Below are positions 1-12,000 of a DNA stretch of 64,000 nt, piece by piece. Made by a program: the position numbers and the translations under genes. The stretch spans positions 37,792 to 101,791 of the forward strand of contig CAWFOV010000007.1 of the NCBI GenBank assembly GCA_963817605.1. Direction: 5' to 3'. This DNA comes from an uncultured Solirubrobacterales bacterium (GTDB taxonomy: Bacteria; Actinomycetota; Thermoleophilia; Solirubrobacterales; Solirubrobacteraceae). The stretch's first letter is position 1, and the number at the start of each line of letters is the position of its first letter. The notes beneath the pieces were generated by a model. The model worked only from the letters and a program-made list of their open reading frames with translations, had not been told where the DNA came from and made no database searches.

Positions 1-296
1 GCCGTGCGCATAAGCGCTCAGGACAGAGCGATCGAAGCCAGCGCGGCGCGCCAGCTCAGCCTGGCTGAGCCCGCTCCTTCGGCCGATCTCGGCGAGGAGC
101 GTCGCGGAAAGATCATGTTGTGTGGCGGACATAGGCAGATGTTAGCACAAACACCTACTCTATTCGCCATCTGTTGACGTATCCGTCCATCACCACCGCG
201 ACCATCCGGTCGATCAGCACACGCGCGATCGGGGAGCACGCCGGTCTCGTAGGCCGCCTTAGCTGCGCGTGTCTGTTCGTATGTTCGTGACACCTG

Positions 297-863
297 TCAG
301 TCCCCTGGTGGCCCGTCGTCGGATGGCTGGTCAGCATCGCTGTCGATCGCTTTGTCGCGCAGCTGGCGCAGCTCGGGCAACGCTTCTCGATCGGCTGGGC
401 GATTGGCGATCTCCTTGGACCGGATGATGTCCTCCAGCGCGGCGACAAGTATGGTGTGCTCGCCGATCTCTAGGAGGATGGCGTTCTCGCGGAGTTGCTC
501 GTAACGGACGAGGTCCCAGCGACTGTCGCGGGGAATGCCGAGCAGGATGTCGATGTCACCCGCGTCGGTGCGCCATGTCGTGATCTCCATGCGGGAGAGC
601 ATGACGCCGTCGAGTGGCAAAGCGAGTCCCTCGGGAGGTGCGTCGGAGCCGCTCAGGCGGGCGCCGAGCTCCCGCAGGGCGTTCGCCACTCGGTCGAGGT
701 TCTCGCGATCCCAAGCGGGACAGACGTCCAGATCCTTGGTCGGACGTTGAGCGCCTTGCCACTGCGCGGCCAGTCCACCAACCGCGACGAACGAGACTTG
801 ATGGCGCTCAAGTGCGCTGATCAGTGCGTCGGGATCCAGCGGCGGCGCGTCGGGGCCGCTCAC
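297..863 (-). CDS. Nucleotidyltransferase-fold protein (DUF6036/AbiEii-like), possible TA toxin
   Basis: VGGLAA...RPTKDLDV motif, a later DIDIL and the C-terminal LEDIIRSKEIANRPADREALPEL signature. Confidence 0.75.
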   Translation of the reverse strand: MSGPDAPPLDPDALISALERHQVSFVAVGGLAAQWQGAQRPTKDLDVCPAWDRENLDRVANALRELGARLSGSDAPPEGLALPLDGVMLSRMEITTWRTDAGDIDILLGIPRDSRWDLVRYEQLRENAILLEIGEHTILVAALEDIIRSKEIANRPADREALPELRQLRDKAIDSDADQPSDDGPPGD

Positions 864-1113
864 GCGCTCGGGTTGCTCGGATCGTATGGCGGCCAGCCGT
901 GCCGGGCGCGATGTTCATTGACGAAGGCGATCAGCTCCTCCGGTGTGGCGCGTTTGCGCGGGCCGGTCTGTCCATCAGCACGGGAGTGTCGTCCGCACGG
1001 CGCGGAGCGCAGTTGGCGTTGACCCAGTCGCCCCACTCCTTGAGGGAGGCGAACTCGGACTTCACTCGTCGCTGCGAGCTTGCCTCAGGCGAATTGATCT
1101 GTAGCTTCGGCAT
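860..1113 (-). CDS. Small protein translationally coupled to the nucleotidyltransferase (putative partner/antitoxin); one frameshift near 950
   Basis: ORF 931..1113 continues in another frame to a stop overlapping the downstream GTG (GTGA at 860-863). Confidence 0.4.
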
Positions 1114-1794
1114 ACTTCAGATTGTATCGCGCGGTGGCGGTCGCTCAAATCATCTGCCTTTATTCGGTCGCCTGTCGATGACGCGGCTGCCTACGCCGGG
1201 TTAAACCTCACGGACGTTATATAGACGCGCGCGAACCCCAAGAGGAAGTTGGGACGGTACTCACGGTCGCGTGTTCCGTCTCAAGTATGGGCTACGGTGT
1301 GTCCATGTGGTATGCGCATACCGTAAGAGTAAGCACTGGTTTACCCGATCGCGTGTTCCGTCGCAAGCGCGAGTTACAGTGCATTCGTGTGATATGTCAG
1401 GATGTGAGAAAGGTTTGTGATGTCATATTGCCTATAAATGAATGAGTGACACATGTGCCTCCCGGTTCGAGGCTAAACTCTCTACAGCGCGGAGGTGTCG
1501 CGCTCGTGAATGGGTGAGCGCGTACATCTCGGCGCGGTAGAGAGCCGACCTGAGATGGTGCCTGATCCGACCGACCCGTGCCCGAGTGATCACCAATCGA
1601 GAGGTTCGGCGCACGCACGCGGGTGAGCAGAACCTCTCGATTGGTGCCAGGGCTACAGCGTGCCCCGACCTTACGGTCGGGGTTTTGGTCGTGGTTAAAG
1701 GGTAGGTCATTGGGGTGCGGGGATGACGAAAGAAGGGAGAGTTGGGGAGGGTGTGGGAAAGAGTGGAACTCATTCTCATGGCAGGGGTGAGGAA

Positions 1795-1955
1795 AGAAGG
1801 TGCTGGGGAAAACAGGGGTGGGAGAAAAGAGAGCAAGACTTAGTCTTGTGGTGGTGAAGGGCTGAAGGAAGGGTATGTGTGGGAAAGAAAGGTGCTGGAA
1901 AACGTGGGTGCGAAAAGAAAGGAGAGTAAGACTTAGTCTTGTTGTGGTGAAGGAA
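1795..1955. repeat. Degenerate ~93-bp tandem repeat in a purine-rich tract, containing the palindrome AAGACT-T-AGTCTT
   Basis: aagacttagtcttg at 1835 and 1928; aaggtgctgg..aaaac repeats about 92 bp apart; a variant lies near 2127. Confidence 0.6.
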
Positions 1956-2424
1956 GGAGAGGTCGAAGGAAAAGGTTGGGGAAGGGAAGGGTGTAGGGGA
2001 TGAGATGCGAGAAAAAAGGTTGGAGAAGAGAAAGATGGTAGGGAGAAAGGAGGAAACAAATGAAGAGGGTTTCTGAACCCGGAACAGCAAAGTACTTCTG
2101 GGGTAGGACGGAACTCAATTTCCTCAAAGACTAAGACTTATTCTTACTGAGGTGTGTCAAGAGGCATTGAAAATTGTAGGTGGAGCGGAGCGAGATGTCT
2201 TTGCATAACGTGGTGGCCGGTGGACGTCGAGACGCCGAGCTCGCTGGCGGCGTGCTCGATGGTGGGGGCAGCCGACAGCCGATACCTGACTAATGCCATG
2301 CCGCGCCGGACGACGACCCGTTCGAGCAGGTGAGATTCCGTCCGGGGCGGGGGCGCGAGCAGTACCTGGCAGACATCGCGCGCTGCCAAGCCGCGCTCGC
2401 CGCGGTGGGCTCCGGCGTGAGGAG

Positions 2425-2686
2425 GCGATCGGGTGCGCGCAGTTTTCGCGTGTCGAGCTTTGCGCTGCCGAGCTCGCCAGATCGCGACAGCGCCGGTATG
2501 TTCAACCGGACCCGTGCACATCCGGTACAGCATCGTTACGAGTGTCGTCTTGCCAAGGCCGTTCGCGCCAAGGATCAGCGTCAGTCCCGGTTGGAACGTG
2601 ACGTCCAGGTTCGGACTGCTCTTACTCCCCGGATACAGCCCGTAGGCGGTGACGGTCAGGCGGTTGAAGATCGGAAATGACGTCAT
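2425..2686 (-). pseudogene. N-terminal fragment of an SMC/ABC-type ATPase
   Basis: LTVTAYGLYPG...GLTLILGANGLGKTT Walker A; frameshifted near 2495 and truncated at about 2425. Confidence 0.6.
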
Positions 2687-2811
2687 GTCGGTCTCTTCAG
2701 AACTATTCGAGCTCCCGAGAGGCGGAGCTTATGAGATCGCGCGGTCGTGCATCGTCCGCGATCGACAGCGCGCTCACCGGCCGTCGAGCAAGTCGAGCTC
2801 ACTCGCGCAAG

Positions 2812-3240
2812 TCAGCTGGGCGCCCGGCGATCCCATGGCCGCGCGCCTTCCACTTGCGCCGCAAGCGCCAGCAACGCTCCCTCCCCCGCCGGCCGCCCAA
2901 CGATCTGGACGCCGAGCGGCAGCCCGTCGGCGCCCTGATACAGCGGCAGCGAGATCGCCGGCTGCCCAGTCGCGTTGAAGACGGGCGTGAACGGCGTGAA
3001 CAGCCCTGACGCAGTGAACGTCAACATCGGCTCCGGCGCGGCCGTGTCGAGCGTGCCGATCGGCAATGGACGCTGTGCAAGCGCCGGTGTCAGCAGCCCG
3101 TCGTAAGGCTCGAGGAACGCGACGAGCCGCCGCGCGAACTGCTGCAGGCGCGTCGCCGCGGCCATGCTCGGCACTGCGCCGAGCTTGCCGATCATCGAAT
3201 AGATCGCCCAGCTCATCGGCTCCATGTCCGCTGCCGTCGC
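2812..3240 (-). pseudogene. C-terminal fragment of an amidase
   Basis: LLTPALAQRPLPIG...FTPVFNATGQPAISLPL...GLPLGVQIVGRPAGEGALLALAAQVE, typical of the amidase-signature C-terminus; no N-terminus. Confidence 0.7.
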
Positions 3241-3775
3241 GGCCGGCGAGCACCAGTGCAGCAAGCTTCCCAACGAGCCACATCCTCCGTCGCTGCTCGA
3301 TGGAGACGGCGAAGCCTTCGCCCTCCCGGTCGCCGAACATGATCCCTTGAAATCGATGCCTCTGAAGCAAGGCAACGCAGACGAGCCTGTGTACGCCTAG
3401 CGACTCGAGATAGCGCTTCGGAACAGGTGATCCGAGGTCAGACCCAAGCATGAACACCGGCTGACGGAGCGCCGCGGCTTGCAAGCGTATCTGCTCGTCG
3501 ATCGTCGGCTGGAGCTCGCAAAGCTCCTCCTCGGAGACTCCATGAGCGCCCACAAGTCGCGCGCCGCCCACCGGGTCGGCGACGAGAAGGGCCGCTCTCT
3601 TCAGACCGCACACCTGTGCGAACCCCTCGCAGACGCGACCGTAGAAAACCCATCCGCTTGGTGAGCGATCCACGTCGGAGAGCATGGCCAGCATCGCCTC
3701 GACAGCTGTGACGGCCCACCGTTCGTGTGCGTCGAGCGCCTCAGCTGCCGGCATCTTGCCCTCCGAGATCGTCAC
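3240..3775 (-). pseudogene. N-terminal GAF-domain fragment of a sensor protein
   Basis: GAF-like pattern (RAALLVAD...LVGAHG...LVCVALL...GIMFGDREG) joined abruptly to the amidase fragment. Confidence 0.5.
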
Positions 3776-3826
3776 TTTAGGCGAGCCTGCCGCACGGCAG
3801 ACTCTGGCCCAGTCAAGCCGTCGCGA

Positions 3827-4205
3827 CTAGTGCACCACTGCAGAGCGCCAGGCCTTTGCGAGATCCTTGCCCTCGTTGGGCGCGAGTGCGCTCGGGTCGA
3901 TGAACAGGGCCAGGTCGATCGAGACGTTTTCGAAGACGAGACTGTTGGCACCGCTGGGAGAGGGTAGCCCAATCGCGCGGTCGATTGCCTGGTCAAATGA
4001 TGCCAACGCTCCGCACTTGTGGACCCGAGGTACCGTGAACGTGGTGTCGGCTTGGTTGGCTCCGTGCAGCATGAGCTTGTCCATGGGGCCGCCTCCAGCC
4101 GGCGTCCCATTGAGTTCGAACGTTTCGCTGGCGGGTTCGGGCAGTGAGGTGTTCACGGGTGCGAAGACGATAGGTTCCTTTGCCGTGCCGATCGTGCATT
4201 CCGGA
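3827..4205 (-). pseudogene. C-terminal fragment of a secreted protein
   Basis: GPECTIGTAKEPIVFAPVN...DTTFTVPRVHKCG...IGLPSPSGANSL; the 5' part is replaced by a duplicated segment. Confidence 0.45.
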
Positions 4206-4408
4206 CCGAGCCGCTGGCGCTTGACCCGCCGCCACCGCAGGCTGTGATCGTCACGGCGAGCAGCGCTGTCGCGGCGAGCACTGCCAATAGCTTGCCTGAT
4301 CGCCCGAGCACGATGGGCGGGACGTTACCCCGCGAAGTGGTGGATGTATAGATTTGTTTCTGTGTTCGGAACTTATGGTGGGAGACATTTTGATGGATGT
4401 CTTGACGC
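4206..4408. repeat. ~203-bp duplicate of 17179..17381 (upstream region and 5' end of a lipoprotein gene)
   Basis: Direct sequence identity at an offset of 12973 bp. Confidence 0.9.
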
Positions 4409-4520
4409 ACCGGACGGGCATATCTAGCACGGACTGCACGCAAGCACTCGAACTCACCGATAGCCCCAGCCACGCCAGACTGACTGGCTAGCTGAGACGA
4501 TCGGCGACAATCCTAACTCC

Positions 4521-5242
4521 CTACTGGTCCGCGAATACTGCTTCTTCTACCCCTCCTTGTAACGCAGTCATCGTCGCTAACCCTTCTAAGACCACCGGCA
4601 CCTCGCTCACCGACATGTTGATCGATTCTTTTAGCACCGGAGTGATCGGCGTGACGCACGGGTCCGCCGCGCACCATTCCTCGGTTGGTTTGGGTACGCC
4701 ACCCACTTCTTCCCCGAAGCAGTGGAATTCGTGTTTGGCCTTTTTCACTTCTGCTTCTAAGTGTAAGCAGAGCGTTTCGCCGGCTAACACTTCGACTAAG
4801 ATGATCGAGCACGAGTAGTGCACCGCGTTGTTTAATAAGAGTATTGCGGATTGGGTTAAGGCGAACGACCCGCCTTTTAGCCTATCCCATACTAAATGCC
4901 ATTCGCCTAAGACTAAGATGACTCCAGTCGCCTCTCCTAACCCTGTGCATTTCACTTAATTCCACCCGATTCTGTCCCACATTCTTCGAAATCGGTATGG
5001 AATAAGCCTTTCGGTGGTTTGCTTGAGGTTTCCGTACCTTCGCCTTTTGCTTTTTCGCAGATGACCGGGGTTTTCGTTTCGCCTCTTGACGTCCATTTTC
5101 CCACACCTTTACCGTCCCAAGTCCTAGTCGTCGACGCCGGTAAGTTTTCCGGTAAGTTGAGCGCAAACGCCGAGCTTGCCAGCCCCGCGGCCGATGCAAA
5201 GACCGCCACGAGCGCCAGACCCAGCAGCTTCAATCGTCTCAT
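4521..5242 (-). CDS. Secreted Cys-containing protein, paralogue 1 (frameshift near 4955)
   Basis: Signal peptide MRRLKLLGLALVAVFASAAGLASSAFA; ORFs 4952..5284 and 4521..4955 join; near-identical paralogues at 13.5 and 14.6 kb. Confidence 0.75.
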
Positions 5243-5604
5243 TGCAGAACGCTCCTTCATTTGATTTGCTGGCGGAAGCCTCAATGCCCATCAGCGCACC
5301 AGATCTGCCGAAGGGCAGCGGGTTCCGCCGGGATGCGGCTCTAGGGCGAAGTTCCGAAGAGCCGAACTACGCCCCGATCATCCCGTGCCGACAGCGGGCG
5401 TCAACGGACGTCTCTAATGAGGCTCGTACCCTCCTGCCAGTTGGCGATGCGCTTGCGCGGCGAAGTCGGACCGGCGTCAGCGAGAGACGAGGTGCCCAGG
5501 ATCACGCTGGTGCGCTGCCAGGACGAGAGCACAGGGGCCTTTGCTTTGGGAGCCTTGGCCTTGCTGCGCCGGATGAGGCCCGGCCCTGCCCCCAACTACC
5601 TGCA

Positions 5605-8600
5605 CTACCTGCGCTTGCCCCCGCCCTTCCCCCGCTTCTTAGCCTTCTTAGCCTTTTTCTTGCCCGTCGTGCACCCGGTGACGCTGATCTTCGTGTTCTG
5701 GTGCAGCTGCGCACCGTTCTGGGCGACGAAGTCGGTCGGCATCACAAGCGCAGTGGTGCTCGTGTGCTTGACCTTCTTGGTGACGTGGATCGTGCGCCCT
5801 TTGCGTTTGACGGCGACGCGCTTGTTGATCGTCGTGACCTTGGAGGGCTGGCAGAGGTCGCCGTTGGCGGTAAGCGCCGAGAACGGCCCTTGGGGCAGCG
5901 TCAGTTCAAAGGAGTTGAAGGGGACGTCGGGCGTGGCCTTGAAGGTGCTCGAGGTGATCCCGTTCTTGATGAAGGTCGAGCCGACGAGCTCTACGGTCAC
6001 GCCGTAGCCCTGCAGGATGATCGTCAGGTTAGGGAAGGCTTCGTTGCCGTGGGAAACGAAGTAGGCGGGGCCGGTCAGCGGAACGGGCAGCAGCGGGGTT
6101 ATGACTTTGGCCTGGCCGACGATCGACGCCGCCGGGCAATTGGCGCGATTGGCTTCAAAGGTCTTTGCCAGGCAGGCCTTCTGCAGCGTGGTCAGGCGGG
6201 AGGGCAGCTGCTTGGGCAGGTCCACCTTGACCATCGAGATGTTCGCCTGGGAGCCGAACTTGGCGTTGGGATAGCTCAGCTTGACCGACAGGCTCGCGCC
6301 GTTTGCTTTAGAGGTCTTAGCGGTGGTTGAGACTTTGAAGTCTGGCTTGAAGGCGAGCGTGGCGCAGTTGGTGACCTGGAAGGGCACCGAGACCGCCTGG
6401 GAGGCTCCTTCGTGGCTTTGGATCGTTCCGGTGATGCTCTGCGGGTCGCAGTTGGTCGGGTTGAACGTGAAGCCCGGACGAGTGATCGTGACGTTTACGT
6501 GCTTGAGCTGCACGGGGATGCCTTCGATCATCTGTGGGATCGCGTGCGGGCCTTCGCTGTCGGTGGCGATCTTCAGCTGGGCGGTCAGCGGGTCCACGTC
6601 GATCTTCGCCCTGACGACCAAGCAGTCACACGCCGGGTGGTTTTGGGGGGTGTTCTCGAGGTCAAACGGGCCGGCCTTGACGGGGTTTACGACCGCCAGG
6701 CCAAACGGGGCGCCCTTGTATTTTTCGGTGATGTAGACCTTGCCGCCTGTGACGGTCACGGGGTCTGCGCCGAGGCCCGCTGAGATCGTCGTTTCCCCGA
6801 TCTGGCTCTCGGCGGGACACGCGCCTTCATTGGCCTGGGCTTCTGGGCAGAGCTTCACACCGGCGAGGATGCCCGAGAGCCCGGGCGCCATGCTCAGCTG
6901 CACGGCGCCGATGTCTTGCTCTCCGTCCTGGCGGTTCATGCTCGTCGTCAGCGTGCTGAAGGCGCCTGCCTGGATATTCGTCGTGCCGGCCGTGAGCGTC
7001 GGGGCGAAGGGCAGGCTCTGGCCGGGGCAGGGGGTTGCGTTGGGGCCCGAGGTGATGTTGAAGGTGCTCTGAGAGTTGACCGCTTCATTTCCCGACCAGG
7101 GCGTGAAGCTCGCGTTGGTCGTGTAGGGGCCGCAGTGGGCGGGGGTCCCTAGCGGCGCGCGTTCGCCGCCGAAGAAGTGCAGTTCGGCGTCTTCAAAGGG
7201 CGCCTGCGGGCTGTTCTTGAACGTCCCGATGACCTGGCCGGTCGGCGTCAGGCGCACTTCGCCGGGGAGCTTGATGAGCACTCCCGAGACCGGGTCCTTG
7301 GCGACGATGTACAGCGCGACCAGGCTCCCGAACGGGTTTTCATTCTGGCTTGCCAGATACACAGAGCCTTCGAGCGCGTTTGCCAGGATCGGGACCTTGA
7401 TCTTCACCGTGCCGACCTTGGAGGCGTCGGGACAGAAGTTCAGGCCGGGCTGCAGTGGTTCGGGCAGCGCCGGCGTGAAGGTGGCAGTCTGTGAGCCCGC
7501 ATGCAATTCGCTGTAGCCGGTGAAGCCGACCAGGCCCTCCGAGCAGGCCTGCAGCCCATCGCCTCCAGAGGGGTTTACCGCCACGCCCTCGGGCAGGGCG
7601 ACCGTGATGTCCCTGACGGCCGACTCGGCCAGGCTTTCGGCCTTCAGCACCGCGTCCTGGGGGACATGCACGTCGACGTTCAGGCCGGTCGGCGTGCTCG
7701 CGGCGTTGCCGTCGGGCGTGACCCTGATTTCCGGTGAGAAGGGCAGGCGGTTGCAGCCATCGAGCGCCTGGGGCAGGTGGTATGGGGGCGGTTCTGCGAC
7801 TTCAGAGGGTTTGCCGGGCGCGGCCCAGGAGTCCGCGCGAATCGACGTTTCAAAGGGTGCTTCACAGGAGGTCGGCATCACCAGAAACGGCGGCGGGGCG
7901 CTGGGGTTCGTCGCCGGGCAGGCGCCCGGTCCCCCCAGTTCCTGTAGGCATTGCCAGCCACGCTGGTGATCGTGTTCGGGGTCGCCGGGGACCCCCCAGA
8001 AGCTGAGCTTTGCGCTGAGCAGCCACGCCACCTGAGGGATGTTCAGCGAGCTGACGGTCACCCCATAGTCCCCGCCGGTGCGCACAGATGTGTCAAGGAA
8101 GGCCGTGACGATCCCCGCCGCCTTAAAGCCAAAGCGCACGGGCTCGCCTTCGCGCGGGACCATGTTGAAGATCGGCGCGACGAGCGTGGTGAAGTGCAGG
8201 TCGGCAGGTTCGTTGACTGTCACGGTGGCCACCCCGATCGCCGAGGAGGCCGGGCATGCGTTGATCGTCTGTTCTCCGCCTTCGTTTTTCGCCTTTATAT
8301 CCTCAGCGAACTGGGCGTCGGTGCACTGCGCAAACGGCGTCGGGTTGCCAACCAGGCCAGCCGGCAGTTCGGCGATCACGTCCTTGGGCAGCGCGACGGT
8401 CCGCGGCTTCTTTTCCGGATCTTCTGGGTCGGGGCCCTGGCTGTTGAGTGTCACGACGCTGGTGAGCTGAAACGGATGCGAGCCCGCCTGCGTGTCGATC
8501 AGGCCACCCTGTTCTTCGGGAATCAGGCTGTAGTCGTCGATCCCGAACTGCAGCGCCGTGCCCACCTTGAGCGGATGGCTCGCGCTGACCGAGCTCCCCG

Positions 8601-9096
8601 CACCGCCGCCAGAGACGGTGGCGGTGTTCAGCGCGCCGTCTTCGGCGGCTTTTGTGACCTGCACGGTGATGCGCATTTCGATCACTTCAAAGGGCGGCAG
8701 GAACCCAGGTTCGCCTTTTTCGTTTTTTTCAAAGGTGCACGTCAGCGTTTTGGTCACGCAGTTGACGGGCCCGCGGTCAAAGCCGCCCCCTTGTGGGCCG
8801 CCGGCGACGCCACTGATGAAGATCGGCGTCAGGCCGGGCGGCAGCTGATCGGAGATCGTGATCTTGCCCGCGCTAGACGCGTTGCCCAGGTTCTGTGCGA
8901 CGACGAAGATCTGCGCTTCGCCTTTGGCTGGCAGCACGCTTGGGCGCGAGCCCGAGGTCAGCCCCCACCAGGGGGCGGGGGTCTGGGCGAAGGCGGGTGC
9001 GCTTGCGATCGCCGCCAGCGACAGGCAGGCACCGACGGCAAGGAGAACTACGGCCCTTGCGAAGCGAATGGGCTTGCTCGGCTGCGCCATGCTCAC
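5605..9096 (-). CDS. Large secreted beta-rich protein (1163 aa) with DUF11-like N-terminus and Lys-rich tail
   Basis: Signal peptide, NLGNA...ITISDQLPPGL, many paired Cys, internal repeats, C-terminal KKKAKKAKKRGK. Confidence 0.8.
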   Translation of the reverse strand: MSMAQPSKPIRFARAVVLLAVGACLSLAAIASAPAFAQTPAPWWGLTSGSRPSVLPAKGEAQIFVVAQNLGNASSAGKITISDQLPPGLTPIFISGVAGGPQGGGFDRGPVNCVTKTLTCTFEKNEKGEPGFLPPFEVIEMRITVQVTKAAEDGALNTATVSGGGAGSSVSASHPLKVGTALQFGIDDYSLIPEEQGGLIDTQAGSHPFQLTSVVTLNSQGPDPEDPEKKPRTVALPKDVIAELPAGLVGNPTPFAQCTDAQFAEDIKAKNEGGEQTINACPASSAIGVATVTVNEPADLHFTTLVAPIFNMVPREGEPVRFGFKAAGIVTAFLDTSVRTGGDYGVTVSSLNIPQVAWLLSAKLSFWGVPGDPEHDHQRGWQCLQELGGPGACPATNPSAPPPFLVMPTSCEAPFETSIRADSWAAPGKPSEVAEPPPYHLPQALDGCNRLPFSPEIRVTPDGNAASTPTGLNVDVHVPQDAVLKAESLAESAVRDITVALPEGVAVNPSGGDGLQACSEGLVGFTGYSELHAGSQTATFTPALPEPLQPGLNFCPDASKVGTVKIKVPILANALEGSVYLASQNENPFGSLVALYIVAKDPVSGVLIKLPGEVRLTPTGQVIGTFKNSPQAPFEDAELHFFGGERAPLGTPAHCGPYTTNASFTPWSGNEAVNSQSTFNITSGPNATPCPGQSLPFAPTLTAGTTNIQAGAFSTLTTSMNRQDGEQDIGAVQLSMAPGLSGILAGVKLCPEAQANEGACPAESQIGETTISAGLGADPVTVTGGKVYITEKYKGAPFGLAVVNPVKAGPFDLENTPQNHPACDCLVVRAKIDVDPLTAQLKIATDSEGPHAIPQMIEGIPVQLKHVNVTITRPGFTFNPTNCDPQSITGTIQSHEGASQAVSVPFQVTNCATLAFKPDFKVSTTAKTSKANGASLSVKLSYPNAKFGSQANISMVKVDLPKQLPSRLTTLQKACLAKTFEANRANCPAASIVGQAKVITPLLPVPLTGPAYFVSHGNEAFPNLTIILQGYGVTVELVGSTFIKNGITSSTFKATPDVPFNSFELTLPQGPFSALTANGDLCQPSKVTTINKRVAVKRKGRTIHVTKKVKHTSTTALVMPTDFVAQNGAQLHQNTKISVTGCTTGKKKAKKAKKRGKGGGKRR

Positions 9097-12000
9097 CTCT
9101 TGGCCTTTTGCTTGGCCTTCTTGGCGACCTGCTTTGGGCCGTAGCGCTTGCGTGCCTGGGCTTCACAGCTCACGCGGCGCTTCTTCTGCTTTTTGTATTT
9201 GCTGCGACAGGACTTCAGCGCTTTGGCCAGTTGCTGGGCACGGGTCAGTTTCGCTTTGGGCGGCGCACCTGGCGGCGAAGCGATGTTGCCCTGCCCGGAG
9301 AAGGTGGCGCTGGAGGGCGAGCCGAAGATCGACGGCTGGGAGGTGGGCGCTGCCCTGCAGGAGTCCGCGGTCACGCACGCCGGAGGATGCGTCGGTTCCT
9401 GCAGGCACGGAGCTTCACTTGTGCACGCGTGGGCGTCATAGAGGTCAAGCGCGCCGTTGACGTCCTGTGCCACGAGCCGTTCGGCGGTCACGAAGAACAC
9501 GTCCCCGCCGCTTTCTGAGGCGTCCATGAACCCCGACGCCCCGGCCGCACGACCGGAGGAGATGAGCGACACGCAGCCCCCGGTCCCCGCGTTGAACGTC
9601 GCTGAGGTGCCCGAGCAGTCGCCCACGCCGCCGGGCTCATACTCATAGACGTCCTGGTTTTTGTTGATGTCCTGGGCGACCAGCGCGTCTGCTGAGTTGA
9701 AGAACAGCCGGCCTGAGTTTGCTAGGTAGCGCGGTTGATACAGCGCATGGCTCAGTGAATAGGGCGTCCACGCCGGCACGTTCGCCGCGATCCATGTTTC
9801 TTTCGGCCACACTTCGGAGCCGGCGACAAGCGCAGATGCTGCTTCAAGCTTTGCGTATTCCACGCCCGCCGGCCGCGCCCCCGAGCGATCACACGACGCG
9901 CACACCAGGCTGCCCGACCCCGCGCTCTGTGCGTGATAGAGAAACACCTCCTCGTCTGGTTCGCCGCTGACCGCGTCGTGGTTGTCATAGCCCGTCAGCG
10001 AGCGCTGTGACATGAACGCCAGGTAGCGCCCGTCCGGCGACACCCGCGCCGTCTGCGTGCTCAGATCGACTCCTCCCTGCCCCGTCCAGTCCGGGTAGTC
10101 GGCCCCCGCCACCGTCGCTACAAGGTGCGTGGCGCCTTCGTGGTAGGCATACAGCCCGCACTGCCCTTCGCCGGTTGCGCCGTTGATCTTGCAGTCCCCC
10201 GCGCTCGCGCCGCCTTCGCCGGCGTCGCCCAATACCCCGTTGGCGGTGAAGTACACCCACGAGCCGTCTTCGCTTGCCCCGATCACCGCGCCCTGCACGT
10301 CTGCTGCCTTGCCCGCCCCTGGCGCCGGCGTCAGGTCTGTCAGCTTGCACTGAAGCTTGCCCGCGACTTCGACCATCTCACATTCATACAGATCGGCCTT
10401 GTTCGGTATCTTCGCTGCGTCTTTGCGCAGGCGCTGTGAGTCTGTGAACAGCACCCGCGCGCCGTCGGGCGAGGCCAGCTGGAACCTCGCGCCGGCGCTG
10501 CCTTCACCGCAGCCTTCTTCAACGCACTGCGCTTCTGGCAGGTCAAGCTGCGCCGTCTGGCCTTTGGTTAGGTCGCGCATGTATAGGTGGCCATCTTTGT
10601 CAGACCACGCCACGCGCGAGCCGTCATCTGAGATCGCGTGGCGCGCGATCGTGCCCCCCAGGCCCAGGAACGCTTCTTTGCCCGGAACTTCTTCGCCTTT
10701 TTCATTTGCCGCGCGCAGGCTCACGAGTTCTATCTGCTCGCTCGCCGGCCTGCCCGGGGAGATCTCATACAGCTCTTGCTGTCCGCCTGTCGCCACCGAG
10801 GTCAAGGCCACGCTCGAGCTGACGAGCACATGCGCCAGATCGGCAGTTGCGCCGACGAACTTCACTTCGCCAAAGGTCGGTTCGGGGTAGGCTTTGGCGC
10901 CGCCGAATTTCTTGCCTGGCGGCACGTTTTCATAGCCGGGTGCACCCGTCACCAGCGGCGTGAAGCAGCTTTGCGGCGAGGCCGAGCATGTGGAGTTGTG
11001 GCGCACATACGGTGTGCGTTCGCTGGCCGGCGGGAACGCTTCTTCGCGGAGCGCGTTGAATCCGCCCAGCGGTTCCACAAGCGAAAGCGCCAGGTCTTCA
11101 GAGAAGAACCGGTACTCCTGGCCGTTGCCGGTTGACGGCGGGGCGGCCGTGGCGTGCGCCAGCGAGATGTCCTGAGAGGACCAGCCCGCCGCCCCGCGCG
11201 TCGAGAGCACCTGCACGCCGCCGTAGAGGTAGCCTTTGACGCCTTCTTCGGTGGGCAGCGTCGCCAGGTAGCTGACCGCCCCGCCGCCTGAGGAGGCCTC
11301 GATCACCCCGCCGACTCCGCTCGCCAGCAGCAGCGCGCCGTGCTTGTCTGCCGGGGAGACGAGCTCCCAGCGTCGCCCGTCGGGCAGCGCTGGCCCGCCG
11401 CCTGCGCCTTGGGTCGTGAACGTCTGGTTGACACCGGCGAAGGGCACCGCTGCTTTTTTGCCTTCGACTTCGAGTTCTGAGACGGCCACCACGCGGTAGT
11501 GATAGAGCGTGCCCGGCAAAAGGCCCTGGATGTGCTGGGGGGTCACCTGCACGTCGCCGATGCCTGCGCCCAGCGCGCCCGGCGCCGCGGGCGCCTGGGC
11601 TTCATAGGCCGTGCTCGTGCCGTACTGGAAGTAGTAGCTGGTCAGGGCGCCGTCGGGGTCGATGCTCGCCTTCAGCGTCGCCGCGGTCGCCGAAACGTCG
11701 GCGGCCGACTCGCTGTGGATGCCCGGCCCTGGCGTGACCAGTTCTTTGTCATCTGCGGCTTCGCCGGGGTTGGTGCCGTTTTTGTTGCTGGCCTGCAGGC
11801 GAAAGAAGTAGGTCGTATCCGGCGCGAGACCTTCTTTGAGCGCCGCTTTGACGGCCACCGGGGCATTGCCTTCCGCTACGCCTTTGTCACACGGCGCGAT
11901 CTGACCGAACGCTTTGCTCGTTCCCCACGTGAACTGGCACGTGGCGGGGCCTTCGCCCAACGGGTTGACGCTGCCGTTGAGCGTCGCTTCGATCTTTCCT

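Noticed and set aside
1397-2127. Phe/Pro/Ser-rich ORFs on the minus strand
   Set aside because: They are by-products of the purine-skewed low-complexity tract and have atypical codon usage.
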